Source: Octopus bimaculoides (lineage: Eukaryota). From it: DNA of 36,577 nucleotides. Positions 11,441 through 24,103 of this stretch are shown in pieces. The stretch spans positions 90,703,098 through 90,739,674 of the forward strand of contig NC_068981.1 of the NCBI RefSeq assembly GCF_001194135.2, written 5' to 3'. How positions within the stretch are numbered: position 1 is the first letter of the stretch; each line of letters begins with the position of its first letter. The position numbers and the translations under genes were made by a program. The notes under the pieces were generated by a model, which worked only from the letters and a program-made list of their open reading frames with translations, had not been told where the DNA came from and ran no database searches.

Positions 11441-11716
11441 NNNNNNNNNNNNNNNNNNNNNNNNNNNNNNNNNNNNNNNNNNNNNNNNNNNNNNNNNNNN
11501 NNNNNNNNNNNNNNNNNNNNNNNNNNNNNNNNNNNNNNNNNNNNNNNNNNNNNNNNNNNNNNNNNNNNNNNNNNNNNNNNNNNNNNNNNNNNNNNNNNNN
11601 NNNNNNNNNNNNNNNNNNNNNNNNNNNNNNNNNNNNNNNNNNNNNNNNNNNNNNNNNNNNNNNNNNNNNNNNNNNNNNNNNNNNNNNNNNNNNNNNNNNN
11701 NNNNNNNNNNNNNNNN
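11441..11716. other. Assembly gap
   Basis: Run of N. Confidence 1.
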
Positions 11717-11860
11717 ACTACAGTTATCTTTAAAATCCGTGTTGCTTATTTTGATTTTTTGATCACTTTGCTTTTGGAATGGTTTTTGGATAATACCATA
11801 CTATATTCTGGTGCCTAAACATAAGTACCATATTCAATTTTGAATCTAAATCTAAATCTT

Positions 11861-11891
<31 letters not shown>

Positions 11892-11892
11892 C

Positions 11893-12075
11893 AGCATCAT
11901 CATTTAACATGGCATTGGTTAGATGGTGTGACCAGAGCTTACAAGCTGGGGAGCTGCACCAGACTCCAGTCTGATTTGGTATAGTTTCTACAGCTGGATG
12001 CCCTTCCTAACACCAACCACTTTACAGAGTATCCTGAATGTTTCTATGTGGCACCACACAGGTACTTCTATATGG
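11893..12075 (-). mobile_element. RTE-type LINE 3' end, diverged
   Basis: CATCATCATTTAAC...TTTCTACAGCTGGATGCCCTTCCTAACACCAACC. Confidence 0.8.
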
Positions 12076-12189
12076 CATCAGACAGGCGATGTATATATAT
12101 ATATATATATATATAATTGTGTGTATATGAACACATACATGCTCATGCATTTATTTGTATAAACCTGTATATTAATATTCATATAGCTA

Positions 12190-12405
12190 AAGGGCAGAGA
12201 GTTGGTAGAATCATTAGCACACCGGGCAAAATGCTTCACGACATTTTGGCCAGCTGAGTTCAAATTCTGCTGAGGTCAACTTTGCTTTTCATTCTTTTGG
12301 GGTTGATAAAATGAATACCAGTTGAACACTGGGGTTGATGTAATCGACTTACAATCTCCTCCAAATTTGCTGGCATTGTGCCAAAATTTGAAACCAATAT
12401 TAATA
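12190..12405 (+). mobile_element. SINE family 2 (third 3'-tail variant)
   Basis: Family-2 head and central module, then ...CCAAATTTGCTGGCATTGTGCCAAAATTTGAAACCAATATT. Confidence 0.8.
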
Positions 12406-12815
12406 TAGCTAGTTGTTTTTGTTTTATGATGGGCTTTGGTGTGTTTTCATAAGTTTGTTTACTAATATATATAACAAAGCATGTTGCCTTTGTTGATGAA
12501 TATTTTCACATTGTGAGCTGGCTTTATACTAATTATGATAATTATGTGTTTGGTTACATAGCCAGAAGCAAATAGAATCAGAATAGAATTTCTTATAGCC
12601 ACTGATGCTTGTATACAGCACTTTAATAATTGCACTGTTTAGAGAGATACGGTTGCTTTCTTACACACATACATGTCCACTCATATATATACACATAATC
12701 ATACACACACACACATACATACATTCATACATGTACAACATGGTTATGCACACATTATGCTAACATATACACATACTATTCTTGCATATACACATACCAC
12801 TCTTACATATGGACG

Positions 12816-12850
<35 letters not shown>

Positions 12851-13050
12851 ACACACACAAAATGTGCATACAAATATAACTTGCATTCGTGAGCACATTC
12901 CTCACATACATCCACCCCCATGCTTACACACAGATGTGCATGTACAAATATATGTATATGTGTATGTGTGTATATATATACAGACACACACACACACACA
13001 TATGCACACATATACACTCACATTCACACAAATATACTAACAATAATGTA

Positions 13051-13262
13051 CAGGGTGTCCACAAAGTCTGGCTACATGGAGTAAATAAAATCATGACATA
13101 AACAATTAAATATAAGAAATAATAATTTCTTAAAATATGTGTTCATCCCCATGTGGGTACATGGAGTAAATAAAATCATAACATAAACAATTGAATATAA
13201 GAAATTATTATTTCTTAAAGTATGTGTTAATCCCCATGTACCCAGACTTTGTTGACACCCTG
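13051..13262. mobile_element. Tc1/mariner-type MITE (212 bp)
   Basis: TA TSD at 13049-50 and 13263-64; 29-bp TIR CAGGGTGTCCACAAAGTCTGGCTACATGG with 2 mismatches; internal 85-bp tandem duplication. Confidence 0.9.
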
Positions 13263-13577
13263 TAATCCATGTTAAATCTATTGATCATATCATTATGGAA
13301 ATAAGAAATGGAGAGCTGTATCTTAACCAAATTCCATCCAACAGTTGGAGTACCCCTTTTAAGGAATTTAGTTAATTGTATTAATCTCTGTACTTAGTCC
13401 AGCTCTATCCCAGTTACTTCCACCCTCTCTTCTATGTAAGTAACCATGTAGCTCCTTTATAGCAAGTAACTTGTTCTGTCACAGCCCCTTCTCTGATATA
13501 TTTAGCCTCTCATCCCCATGCATAAAGCTGCCTCCCTCTCTGCTGTAGCACCACTCAGTTGAAGGGATCTTAGACTT

Positions 13578-13622
13578 GCATGCAGTCCTGCATGCAGTCC
13601 TGCATGCAGTCCTGCATGCTGC
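13578..13622. repeat. 12-bp tandem repeat (GCATGCAGTCCT)x3-4
   Basis: Directly visible. Confidence 0.9.
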
Positions 13623-13974
13623 ATGGTGACTTCATTAGTGGTGTACCATGAAATATGCACCTGGTACTCTCTGTAGAATAGTTGCTGTTTAGAACAGCAT
13701 CCAGCTTATAGAAACCATGCCAAAGCAAACATGATGCTAATGGTAAAAAAAGGCTCCAGCAGGAAGACCTCCATGAATTCAATCAGTATGTAAGAAACAA
13801 CACAAAAATCAAATATATTCAATTCAATTCTTGAAAACGAGACTGGTAAGATCTAGAAAAGATGGGTATGGATTTAAGAACTCTACTGTTCCAAACCAAC
13901 TGTGAAAAGCTAAGAAAATATGCAAAATCTAAAATAAAAAGGATCAAACTTGAATGTAGCCATGTATTTAACGA

Positions 13975-14050
13975 ACTGGAGCCTGGTGCAGCCTTCTGGC
14001 TCGCCAGTCCTCAGCATGGAAAGCGGACATTAAACGATGACAATGATGAC
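13975..14050 (+). mobile_element. RTE-type 3' terminus
   Basis: GCATGGAAAGCGGACATTAAACGATGACAATGATGAC matches the RTE tail. Confidence 0.7.
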
Positions 14051-14067
14051 TATATATATATATATAT

Positions 14068-14796
14068 NNNNNNNNNNNNNNNNNNNNNNNNNNNNNNNNN
14101 NNNNNNNNNNNNNNNNNNNNNNNNNNNNNNNNNNNNNNNNNNNNNNNNNNNNNNNNNNNNNNNNNNNNNNNNNNNNNNNNNNNNNNNNNNNNNNNNNNNN
14201 NNNNNNNNNNNNNNNNNNNNNNNNNNNNNNNNNNNNNNNNNNNNNNNNNNNNNNNNNNNNNNNNNNNNNNNNNNNNNNNNNNNNNNNNNNNNNNNNNNNN
14301 NNNNNNNNNNNNNNNNNNNNNNNNNNNNNNNNNNNNNNNNNNNNNNNNNNNNNNNNNNNNNNNNNNNNNNNNNNNNNNNNNNNNNNNNNNNNNNNNNNNN
14401 NNNNNNNNNNNNNNNNNNNNNNNNNNNNNNNNNNNNNNNNNNNNNNNNNNNNNNNNNNNNNNNNNNNNNNNNNNNNNNNNNNNNNNNNNNNNNNNNNNNN
14501 NNNNNNNNNNNNNNNNNNNNNNNNNNNNNNNNNNNNNNNNNNNNNNNNNNNNNNNNNNNNNNNNNNNNNNNNNNNNNNNNNNNNNNNNNNNNNNNNNNNN
14601 NNNNNNNNNNNNNNNNNNNNNNNNNNNNNNNNNNNNNNNNNNNNNNNNNNNNNNNNNNNNNNNNNNNNNNNNNNNNNNNNNNNNNNNNNNNNNNNNNNNN
14701 NNNNNNNNNNNNNNNNNNNNNNNNNNNNNNNNNNNNNNNNNNNNNNNNNNNNNNNNNNNNNNNNNNNNNNNNNNNNNNNNNNNNNNNNNNNNNNNN
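14068..14796. other. Assembly gap within (TA)n
   Basis: Run of N. Confidence 1.
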
Positions 14797-14839
14797 ATAT
14801 ATATATATATAATGTGTGTGTATGTAATGTACGCAAATA

Positions 14840-15135
14840 CAAGGTGCGTTCCAGAGATTTTGAGACTTCTTCAGGAGGGACTTTTATTAATTTCAAAAAA
14901 GTACAAAACTCCAATCACCTTCAAAGTAGGATCCCCTGACTTCAATGCACTTGTTGTAGTTCTTCAGAGGTTCTCCTTCATTTTGGGAACAAACAAGATT
15001 CATAGAGAGCAAGGTTTGGAGTGTAGGGAGTATAAGGGAGAAAAAGAGACAGTTTTGACGCCTATCTATCAAGTAGTTTGTTACCTGGATACTCGTTGCT
15101 GAACACTCAGGGAACCAACTTTCCACAAATTTTGC
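14840..15135 (-). mobile_element. Internally deleted mariner, 3' end with TIR
   Basis: Minus-strand remnants PYTPNLA..LFPK (YSPDLAP motif) and KCIEVRGSYFEGD (mariner C-terminus); TA|CAAGGTGCGTTCC terminus at 14838-14852. Confidence 0.75.
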
Positions 15136-15144
15136 ACTTTTTTA

Positions 15145-15462
15145 CTCTTTTACTTGTTTCAGTCATTTGACTGCAGCCATGCTGGAGCACCGCCTTTAGT
15201 CATGCAAATCGACCCCAGGACTTATTCTTTGGAAGCCTAGTTCTTATTCTTTCAGTCTCTTTTGCCGAACTGCTAAGTTACGGGGATGTAAACACACCAG
15301 CATCAGTTGTCAAGCGATGCTGGGGGGACAAACACAGATACACAAACATATACATGCACATACATATATATATATATACGTATATACGACGGGCTTCTTT
15401 CAGTTTCCGTCTACCAAATCCACTCACAAGGCTTTGGTCTGCCCGAGGCTACAGTAGAAGAG
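15145..15462 (-). mobile_element. SINE family 1, head lost in gap
   Basis: Family-1 tail, internal microsatellite and core. Confidence 0.9.
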
Positions 15463-15982
15463 NNNNNNNNNNNNNNNNNNNNNNNNNNNNNNNNNNNNNN
15501 NNNNNNNNNNNNNNNNNNNNNNNNNNNNNNNNNNNNNNNNNNNNNNNNNNNNNNNNNNNNNNNNNNNNNNNNNNNNNNNNNNNNNNNNNNNNNNNNNNNN
15601 NNNNNNNNNNNNNNNNNNNNNNNNNNNNNNNNNNNNNNNNNNNNNNNNNNNNNNNNNNNNNNNNNNNNNNNNNNNNNNNNNNNNNNNNNNNNNNNNNNNN
15701 NNNNNNNNNNNNNNNNNNNNNNNNNNNNNNNNNNNNNNNNNNNNNNNNNNNNNNNNNNNNNNNNNNNNNNNNNNNNNNNNNNNNNNNNNNNNNNNNNNNN
15801 NNNNNNNNNNNNNNNNNNNNNNNNNNNNNNNNNNNNNNNNNNNNNNNNNNNNNNNNNNNNNNNNNNNNNNNNNNNNNNNNNNNNNNNNNNNNNNNNNNNN
15901 NNNNNNNNNNNNNNNNNNNNNNNNNNNNNNNNNNNNNNNNNNNNNNNNNNNNNNNNNNNNNNNNNNNNNNNNNNNNNNNNNN
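15463..15982. other. Assembly gap
   Basis: Run of N. Confidence 1.
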
Positions 15983-16188
15983 TTTCAGTCATTTTGACTG
16001 CGGCCATGCTGGAGCACTGCCTTTTAGTCAAGCAAATCAACCCCAGGACTTATTCTTTGTAAGCCTAGTACTTATTCTATTGGTTCTTTTGCTGAACTGC
16101 TAAGTTACGGGGACGTAAACACACCAGCATCGGTTTTCAAGCGATGTTGGGGGGACAAACACAGACACACACACATACACAAACATAT

Positions 16189-16219
<31 letters not shown>

Positions 16220-16392
16220 CATATATATGATTCGCTTCTTTCAGTTTCCATCTACCAAATCCACTCACAAGGCTTTGGTCTGCCCGAGGCTACAGTAGAA
16301 GAGACTTGCCCAAGGGGCCACACAGTGGGACTGAACCCGGAACCATGTGATTTGTAAGCAAGTTACTTACCACACAGCCACTCTTACGCCTA
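15983..16392 (-). mobile_element. SINE family 1
   Basis: Near-complete copy including the head (…ACCACACAGCCACTCTTACGCCT on +). Confidence 0.9.
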
Positions 16393-16929
16393 TACTTACT
16401 TATGTATACACACATATCCATCCAGCTTCTGCACAATTTCTACCTACTATATCTTACAAGTTTTTGGTTGAGTTGATGCTATGATACAGAACACCAATGT
16501 GCTGTGGCTATATGGTTCAAATCGGGAATTACGTGATTGAAAAGCAAATATATTTATTACCCTATTATGCTAGACAAGATTGTTTATATAAAAGGCAAAT
16601 GACAGCAGAATTATTTGTTGACACTTGAACACCTTTAACAATAAAATAAGAAATCCCTCATTATATTTGAGGCTTATGTAATTATATCTATGTATGTAAC
16701 CAAAACACTATCAGCTCTTTCTCTCACTTTCTATTGCACCTTCCTCAAGTAACTCAAACCTCATACTTTCTGAAGTAATGAAAAGAAGCAGCTCATAACT
16801 TTTACCAGCCACGCCTCTGAAGGAATGAAATAAGAAGTGTAGGAGAGAAAATGAAAGAGGGAGAGAGAAGTGGGTATGTGTGTTTTCTGGTAGAAGAAGA
16901 TCATATAGTTTGACTGATGTATCACCCAC

Positions 16930-17365
16930 TGACATCGTCATTTACAATCCATCTTTCCATGCTCGCTTGGATTGGTGAAAGCTTATTCAAAGCAGATATT
17001 TTTCTGGCTTAATGCCCTTTCTGTCACCAACCTCCACGTGTTTTCAAGTAAGGTGATACTTCGCCATGGCCAGGCATGTTCTTGCAGAATAATGGAAACA
17101 AAGCACACCGATCGCCTGACAATGACACTCTTTGACAGAGAGAGAGAGAGAGAGAGAGACACACACGCACGCACGCACGCACGCGCGCGCGCGCGACAAG
17201 CTTCTTTCGGTGTCTGTTAATTAAATCCACTCACAAGACTCTGGTCATCTCAGGGCTTTAGAATGAAGACACTTTCCCAAGATGCCACATAGTATGATTG
17301 AACCCAGAACCATATGGTTGGGAAGCAAACTTCTTGCCACTCTGTATATCTGTGCCTATCCACAC
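16930..17365 (-). mobile_element. SINE family 1b (family-1 head + RTE-derived tail)
   Basis: Family-1 head and core at 17195-17365; the 3' end CATCGTCATTTACAATCCATCTTTCCATGC resembles the RTE terminus. Confidence 0.7.
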
Positions 17366-17888
17366 AGCTATGCCTCACAATATTTTCACCTATATAAGAT
17401 GATACCAATAATCTGAATACTGTTTTCAGTATTCAACACTGGACCTTGAGCACAGTAACTCAACCTGCTATGTTTATAACTTGGACACTTTTCACTATAA
17501 ACCTTGTTGATCAAGGCTGATCTGAGGGCTAAACAAGTTATTTCAAGCCAGTGTAGGATGTCTCTTCTACTTTGATCAAGAGACTATGCAAAATTCCCTC
17601 AAGTCATATCATAACATCATATATTTGTAAAGAGCATTTTGGACACTATGGTCTTATACATATAAAAAGATAATATATCTATGTCTGTTTGTCTCTCTGT
17701 CACTGTCTGTCTTTCTGACCATTTGCTTCCTCCACCCACTGACCTGCAGTTAAACAATAGCAGCAGCTTAGGACAATTAAAATTATTGTTTGAAATCCTT
17801 CAGCATGATTTGAACTCAGAATGTAACAGAATGTAATGAAATACAGTACTTGCCAGAAAGAGGAAGAGTCGATGTTACTAATGTTTAA

Positions 17889-18104
17889 CCCTTTAGCATT
17901 TAAACCAGCCATATCTGGCCAAAATATTCTACCTGTTTTATCTTCAAACTGGCCAGATCCAACCTCTCACACTTGCCCTACAATATTATTCTAATCATAA
18001 ACAACCAAATCATTGAAATCTCAAAGCTACAAGATAAAGCATGATTAATTCAAAACTGTGGATAAATAAGCAGTACATTTGACAGTAATCTGAATGCTAA
18101 AAGG
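17889..18104. mobile_element. TTAA-flanked MITE (piggyBac-type), complete
   Basis: TTAA|CCCTTTAGCATT ... AATGCTAAAAGG|TTAA (TSD at 17885-88 and 18105-08). Confidence 0.85.
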
Positions 18105-19626
18105 TTAACCATGTGTTAGAAATTGTAGCAAAGGCATCATTAAAAAATAGTAAGAGATATGTATCCTTACATCCAGTAATGTAACATTAAATACTCAATA
18201 TCTAAAAGAAATACAAATGCTGTTGACAGGAACAATTTTGATCATAGTCTATTCTGCCAATGCTGACCTCAGCCTAAATTACTACAGCAAATATATTTGA
18301 GATATAGAATCTTAGTAAGGAAACAAAACAGATTTATGAAAATCCTATGTCAAGATAATCTAGTAACAGACTATTTAGACTCTGTTCTGTTAAATTATGA
18401 GAATTAAGAACTTGGTAGGGTTTGGCCGGTTTTCAAAGGATTTTTGTTTTGCTATTACAATGGTTCTTTAGAAGCTGGTATAATGTCGGCATTCATGTTA
18501 TTTTATTTTGTGTGTGTGTGTACACACAGACACACACACACATATGAAGGTACCAAATATTTATATTGAAATATTTATTGATGTTTGCTTAGAAACATAA
18601 ACTGTGCATATATACATATATATATTGTGTGTCTGCATATAGATGTGTCTGTATATTGATGTGTGTTAGGAATGCTTATAGACATGTATCTAGTTGTACA
18701 TGAATGTATGTTCTTGTTTATAAATACATGTCTGTCTGTTCATTCATTTTTCCATGCTAGCATGGGTTGGATTAACACTTAATTATTGTAGCATTATTTT
18801 AAAGTTGAATATCCTTTCTGTCACTAAAATTTACGCACTTCCTTGTTTTCAAGTAAAGGATTTTTTCTTTCTTCTTATCTTTGAAAATGAAGACGCAAGA
18901 TGATTGACCTGTTAATAGAAAATGTGAACATATTTTGTTCAAATAGTTTCATGTAGTACAGAAATAAAGCAGCAGAAAGACACTTCGGTTTTACTGTTTA
19001 AGTCTGAATGATGGAGCTTCACCTATGACTTTTGCAGGCCCACTGAGACTAGTAGGGTTGATGTCATTAATTTAACATACTGTTGCAGATCAACACTTGC
19101 AGGAAAGGCTTAAGAAGAGAGATTCCAGAAGACCAAAGTTTTGAGCAGAAACAACTGGGAATAATAGTGTAAAACTGAGGGTGTTGAATGCACTAAGGGT
19201 GTTGAATACACTAAGGGTGATAAGAGGTGAAAAAAAATGAATGGTTAAAGGGTGCCTGAATGATTGAAGTATGAAATCAGCTATCTCTGAGGAACAAAAA
19301 CCATTATAGAATGGGCATTGTTGGATGTGGCCTCTCCCACTTTCTTCTTCTTATACTCATTGAACTTCAAACAACCCCAGAGTTTATTGAAAGTGGAGCA
19401 GAAAGAGTTCTGTCAACACTTACTGTGATGGATCGGAAGACACTGATCCAAATAGAGAAATAGGTAGAGATCATAGGTAGAAAGATTTGATAGATCTGCA
19501 TGTTAGACATAGTTAAAGACCTTTCCCTAAAGTAAGAGCCAAGTGAATGGCATAAAAAAGTAGGTTACCAGATCTGGCTCTGATGTTAATTTTGTGTGTG
19601 TCTTTTTGGTTGTGTGTGTTTTGTTG

Positions 19627-19673
<47 letters not shown>

Positions 19674-19990
19674 GTCTTGTTGGCTGTGTGTGTGTCTTGG
19701 CTGTGTGTGCATCTTGGCTGTGTGTGCGTGTGTCTTGGCTGTGTGTAGGTGTGTCTTGTTGGCTGTGTGTGCATGTCTTGTTGGCTCTGTGTGTGCATGT
19801 GTATCTTGGCTCTGTATGTGCATGTGTGTCTTGGCTGTGTGTGCGTGTGTCTTGGCTCTGTCTGTGCGTGTGTCTTGGCCCTGTCTGTACGTGTGTGTCT
19901 TGGCTCTGTGTGTGCGTGTGTGTCTTGGCTCTGTGTGTGCGTGTGTGTCTTGTTGGCTGTGTGTGAGTGTCTTGTTGGCTGTATGTGTTC
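19674..19990. repeat. Minisatellite, ~18-24 bp units (GTCTTGGCT+(GT)n), between (TG)n tracts
   Basis: About 14 recurrences of GTCTTG(TT)GGC separated by TG-rich spacers. Confidence 0.9.
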
Positions 19991-20211
19991 TGTTGTTTGC
20001 TTTCTGTGTGTGTGTGTGTGTGTGTGTGTATTTGAGAGAGAGAAAGATAGAATGAAAGAGTGTATATATACATACCTCATTGATTTCAGTATTTGTAACT
20101 AACTATCTTTAGCATTTTGTAGCATTACTATTTAAAGTTCCCTCTGTTAGTTGCTTGCTACTCTTGACTGAACATTGCCATCCTGAGAGAGACACACATA
20201 CAGCTGGACAT

Positions 20212-20285
<74 letters not shown>

Positions 20286-20906
20286 GCACGTACAGATAGA
20301 GGCAGTCATTAGCGCAATCATTCATTCATTTTGTTAGTTATTTTACATAGGTCATGTGGTGTAATTGTTTAAGTAGTCACTGGATTATATTTGTCATAAG
20401 ATTAACTTATACATACATACATACATATGCACACACACATACACACAGTGAGGGAGAACAAGGGAGAGAGAAAGAGAGAGAGAGAGAGTGAGTGCTATGA
20501 CTTATACAATTATTCGATAGTTGGATTTATTCATATTATTATCAATAAATTTGCTTTGCAAATAACAGAGCTTTGACATTCCAGAGACATCAGAGCTATA
20601 TAGTAAATAATAGGTTAAATATTTTAAACACTTACTTATTGTGTTTTTCTTTTTCCTGTTTGAGCATTTTTTCACCCAATACAATTTGATCAATATGTTT
20701 TTATAGATAATTCATTTGTGTATCGACAGTTATTTTATTGACTGGTACGTATTTTCTGACCTCTAAAGGATGAAAACTGAAGTGGACTTACAGTGGCATT
20801 TGAATTTCAGAATGTAAAATGATAAACTAAAACGAAGTATTTTTTCCCACAATTTATTGATTCTGCTATCACATTATATTTATACACACACACACACACA
20901 CGGATA

Positions 20907-21104
20907 TAGGTACAAGCATGGCTGCATGGTTAAGAAGCTTGCTTTAAAAACAACTTGGTCCTAGGTTCAGTCCTGCTGTGTGGCATCATGGAAAAGTGTT
21001 TTCTACTAGAGCCTGGGCTGACCAAAGCCCTGTGAGTGGATTCAATAGAGCGAAATTGAAAGAAGCTTGTTGTATATNNNNNNNNNNNNNNNNNNNNNNN
21101 NNNN

Positions 21105-21180
<76 letters not shown>

Positions 21181-21405
21181 GATGTCTCCCTGTCTTGCTT
21201 TTGCATGATTGTTGTGAGTGTCACTATCACACAAGTGGTGTTCTTTGTTTCCAATCTTCTGTGAAAACATGTCCATCCATGGGAAAGTATTTCCTTACTT
21301 GGAAATAGATAAGGGTTGGCATCCAGCATAGAAAATTTGCCCCAACTGTTTCTGTCTGTGCCACATAAGTGTAGAAAAGTGTATGTTAAATGATGGTGAT
21401 AATGA
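20907..21405 (+). mobile_element. SINE family 1b (contains gap 21078-21104)
   Basis: Family-1 head and core, (TG)n, then AGGGTTGGCATCCAGC...GTAGAAAAGTGTATGTTAAATGATGGTGATAATG (RTE-like tail). Confidence 0.7.
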
Positions 21406-21430
21406 AGATATGCCAGTATTTAGTACTTAC

Positions 21431-21469
21431 TTGAAACATTTTTATATGCTGAGAATTTCCAAGAGTCCT
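21431..21469 (-). CDS. Candidate 39-nt micro-exon (RTLGNSQHIKMFQ or EDSWKFSAYKNVS)
   Basis: TCTTAG| acceptor, perfect |GTAAGT donor, and frame-preserving length. It could occur by chance. Confidence 0.2.
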
Positions 21470-21544
21470 CTAAGATTGTTAATTCATTTGTAGGGTAAAT
21501 ATGAGAATTACTTACTATTAAATCAGACTGTTTCCTTCTTTGGA

Positions 21545-21930
21545 AACTGTATGGCTGTGTGGGTGTGAAGTTCATCTCCCAATCACATGGTTTTGGGTTC
21601 AGTCTCACTGCATGGCACCTTGGGCAAGTGTTGTCTGCTATAGCTTCTTGACTAACCTTGTTAGTAGATTTGGTAGACAAAAAGAAGCCTGTTTGTATAT
21701 GTGTATATGTCTGTGTGTGTTTGTGTTCATCCCACCACCACTACTTGATAACCAGTGCTGGTTTGTTTATGTCTTTGTTACTTAATATTTCAGAGAAAGC
21801 GGCCAATAGAATAAGTACCAGGTTTTATAAAATATTCTTGGAGTCGATCCATTTGACTATAACCTTCAGAGTGGTGTCTCAGCATGGCCTCAGTGAAATG
21901 ACTGAAACAGGTATAAGGAAAGATAAAAGC
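21545..21930 (+). mobile_element. SINE family 1
   Basis: Head, CACCTTGGGCAAGTG core, and tail ...AATGACTGAAACAGGTATAAG. Confidence 0.85.
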
Positions 21931-22484
21931 TAAACCAGCCAATGACTTTCACAGATTATAGCATGCACTTTTGCAATGTGGTTGGTGTCTATTATTGTTA
22001 AAGGCCATTCAACTTTGGGAACATTTTTGGTAGATATTCTTCTAAATTTGAAATGCAAGTTCCACATGTGATAATGCACAAGGCTTGGACAATCCTCCCA
22101 AAAGACTTAATGCAACATTAGAAAGTCTACTTAACAGTTTTCTTAATTTGAAAACGAATTTCATATTAAAACTTCACTCTTCCAAATACTTGATTGTTCA
22201 TCTAATGACAAATCACCAAGTAACATATATGTACTTGGAGATACATGTTTACTCTGGCATGTGTAGACCAATGACATCCGATATAGTGTTACTATTATTA
22301 AAGTGAAAGTCCAGATCGATGATACATGGCATGGGAGTTGCAAGCACATTGCATTGGCTAGCCATACTGTTTTAAAAGTCCTGTTTCTTTTAGGACAACC
22401 TTTGTGCTTTGAGTTCCCTAGGGAGGAACACACACACACACACGCACGCACACACTCTCTCTCTCTTTCTCATTATTATTATTA

Positions 22485-23118
22485 AGGCAGCAAGCTGGCA
22501 GAATTGTTAGCACACTGAACAAAATGCTATGTTCTGAGTTCAAATTCTACTGAGGTTGACTTTGCTTTTCATCCTTTCCAGGTCAATAAATTAAGTACCA
22601 GTATACACTGAGGTCGATGTAATCGACTAGTCCCCTCCCCACAAATTTCAGGCCTTGTGCCTATAGAAAAAAGAATTATTATTATTGTTATTATTATTTA
22701 GGTGGTGAGCTGGCAGAATCTTTAGAACATTGGGCAAAATGCCTAGGGACATTTTATCCATCTTTACATTCTGAGTTCAAATGCTGTTGGCGTTGACTTG
22801 ACCTTTCATCCTTTCAGAGTTGATAAATTAAGCACTAGTGAAACACTGGGGTCAACGTTATTGACTACTCCCCTCCCCACAAATTTCAGGCCTTGTGCTT
22901 TTAGTAGAAAGGATCATTATTATTAGGTTGGTGAACTGGCTGTCATTAGCATACCATACAAAATACTTAACAGCATTTTGTTTATCTTCACATTCTGAGT
23001 TCAAATTCTACTGAGATTGACTTCGCTAAAATAAGTACTAGTTGAGAACTAAGGTCAATGTAATCAGCTTGACCCCTATTCCTAAAATTTCAGACCTTCT
23101 TCCTATAACAGAAAGGAT
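22485..23118 (+). mobile_element. Three head-to-tail SINE family 2 copies separated by (TTA)n
   Basis: Copies at ~22485-22680, 22700-22918 and 22925-23118, each with head, CTTTCATCC..AAGTACCAG module and tail AAATTTCAGGCCTTGTGC..AGAAAGGATTATT. Confidence 0.88.
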
Positions 23119-23140
23119 TATTATTATTATTATTATTATT

Positions 23141-23447
23141 GTTCAGTAGTTTTATTTTTATAACGTGCTTTCACTTCACTACCGAGCGCAGCTCTGTGCG
23201 CCTTGGGTATGTGCTGTGGTTTGCTGTGATGCTCTTATGTTTACTGTATTGAAAGTGTTTTGCGTAGGATGTGTGCAGTGCCCAGTAGTGCAATTTTCTG
23301 TATGTTATATATATTTGTAAGTCCTGGTGTTTTTGTTATGTATTTGTCTGAATATTTTTTTATTATACCCAAGGAACCTACTATGATAGGAATTGTTTCT
23401 GTTTTTAGATTCCACATTTGAGTTACCTCTATTTCCAGATCTTTGTA

Positions 23448-23451
<4 letters not shown>
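23141..23451 (-). mobile_element. 5'-truncated R4/Dong-type non-LTR retrotransposon (REL-endonuclease C-terminus + 3' UTR)
   Basis: KYKDLEIEVTQMWNLKTETIPIIVGSLGII...IQKIALLGTAHILRKTLS* (stop at 23241), flanked on both sides by (TAA)n (23118-23140, 23452-23478). Confidence 0.8.
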
Positions 23452-23478
<27 letters not shown>

Positions 23479-23480
23479 AT

Positions 23481-23698
23481 AAGGTGGAGAGCTGGCAGAA
23501 TCATTAGCATGCTGGACAAAATGCTGCTAAGCATTTTGTCCATCTTTATGCTCTGAGTTCCAGTTGCACTGAGGTTCATTTTGTATTTCATCCTTTAAGG
23601 GTCAATAAAATAAGACAGTTGAACACTGGGCTTAAGGTAATCAACTTACCTTCTCTCCACAATTTTCAGGCCTTGTGCCAGTAGCAGAAAGAACTATT
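23481..23698 (+). mobile_element. SINE family 2 (fourth copy of the stack)
   Basis: Same head, module and tail as 22485-23118. Confidence 0.85.
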
Positions 23699-23699
23699 A

Positions 23700-24103
23700 C
23701 TCTTTTACTCTTTAACTTGTTTCAGTCATTTGACTGTGGCCATGCTGGAGCACCGCCTTTAGTCGTGCAAATCGACCCTAGGACTTATTCTTTGTAAGCC
23801 TAGTACTTATTCTGTTGGTCTCTTTTGCCGAACCGCTAAGTTACGGGGACGTAAACACACCAGCATCGGTTGTCAAGCGATGTTGGGGGGACAAACACAG
23901 ACACAAACATATACACACACACGCATATATACATATATATGACGAGCTTCTTTCAGTTTCCGTCTACCAAATCCACTCAGATGGCTTTGGTCGGCCCGAG
24001 GCTATAGTAGAAGACACTTGCCCAAGGTGCCACACAGTGGGACTGAACCCAGAACCATGTGGTTGCTAAGCAAGCTACTTACCACACAGCCACTCCTGCG
24101 CCT
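23700..24103 (-). mobile_element. SINE family 1, full length, low divergence
   Basis: Starts AGGCGCAGGAGTGGCTGTGTGGTAAG on the minus strand and ends in the (AAAGAGT)-type tail. Confidence 0.93.

Noticed and set aside
13693-13785. Apparent 93-nt plus-strand exon (QHPAYRNHAKANMM...)
   Set aside because: It overlaps a degenerate RTE 3' UTR-like repeat.
15398-16330. Two SINEs flanking the gap share rare variants (GTCTGCCCGAGGCTACAGTAGAAGAG)
   Set aside because: This may be a contig-end misassembly, and it cannot be separated from gene conversion without reads.
17750-17832. Plus-strand exon-like LNNSSSLGQLKLLFEILQHDLNSE (similarly 1261-1295, 12561-12640, 19434-19529, 16777-16826)
   Set aside because: Splice-site-flanked short frames are expected by chance here. 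There is no recognisable homology and no consistent phase chain.
20632-20770. Minus frame KHIDQIVLGEKMLKQEKEKHNK ending at GTAAGT
   Set aside because: There is an in-frame TAA upstream, and the only good acceptor lies in a SINE remnant.
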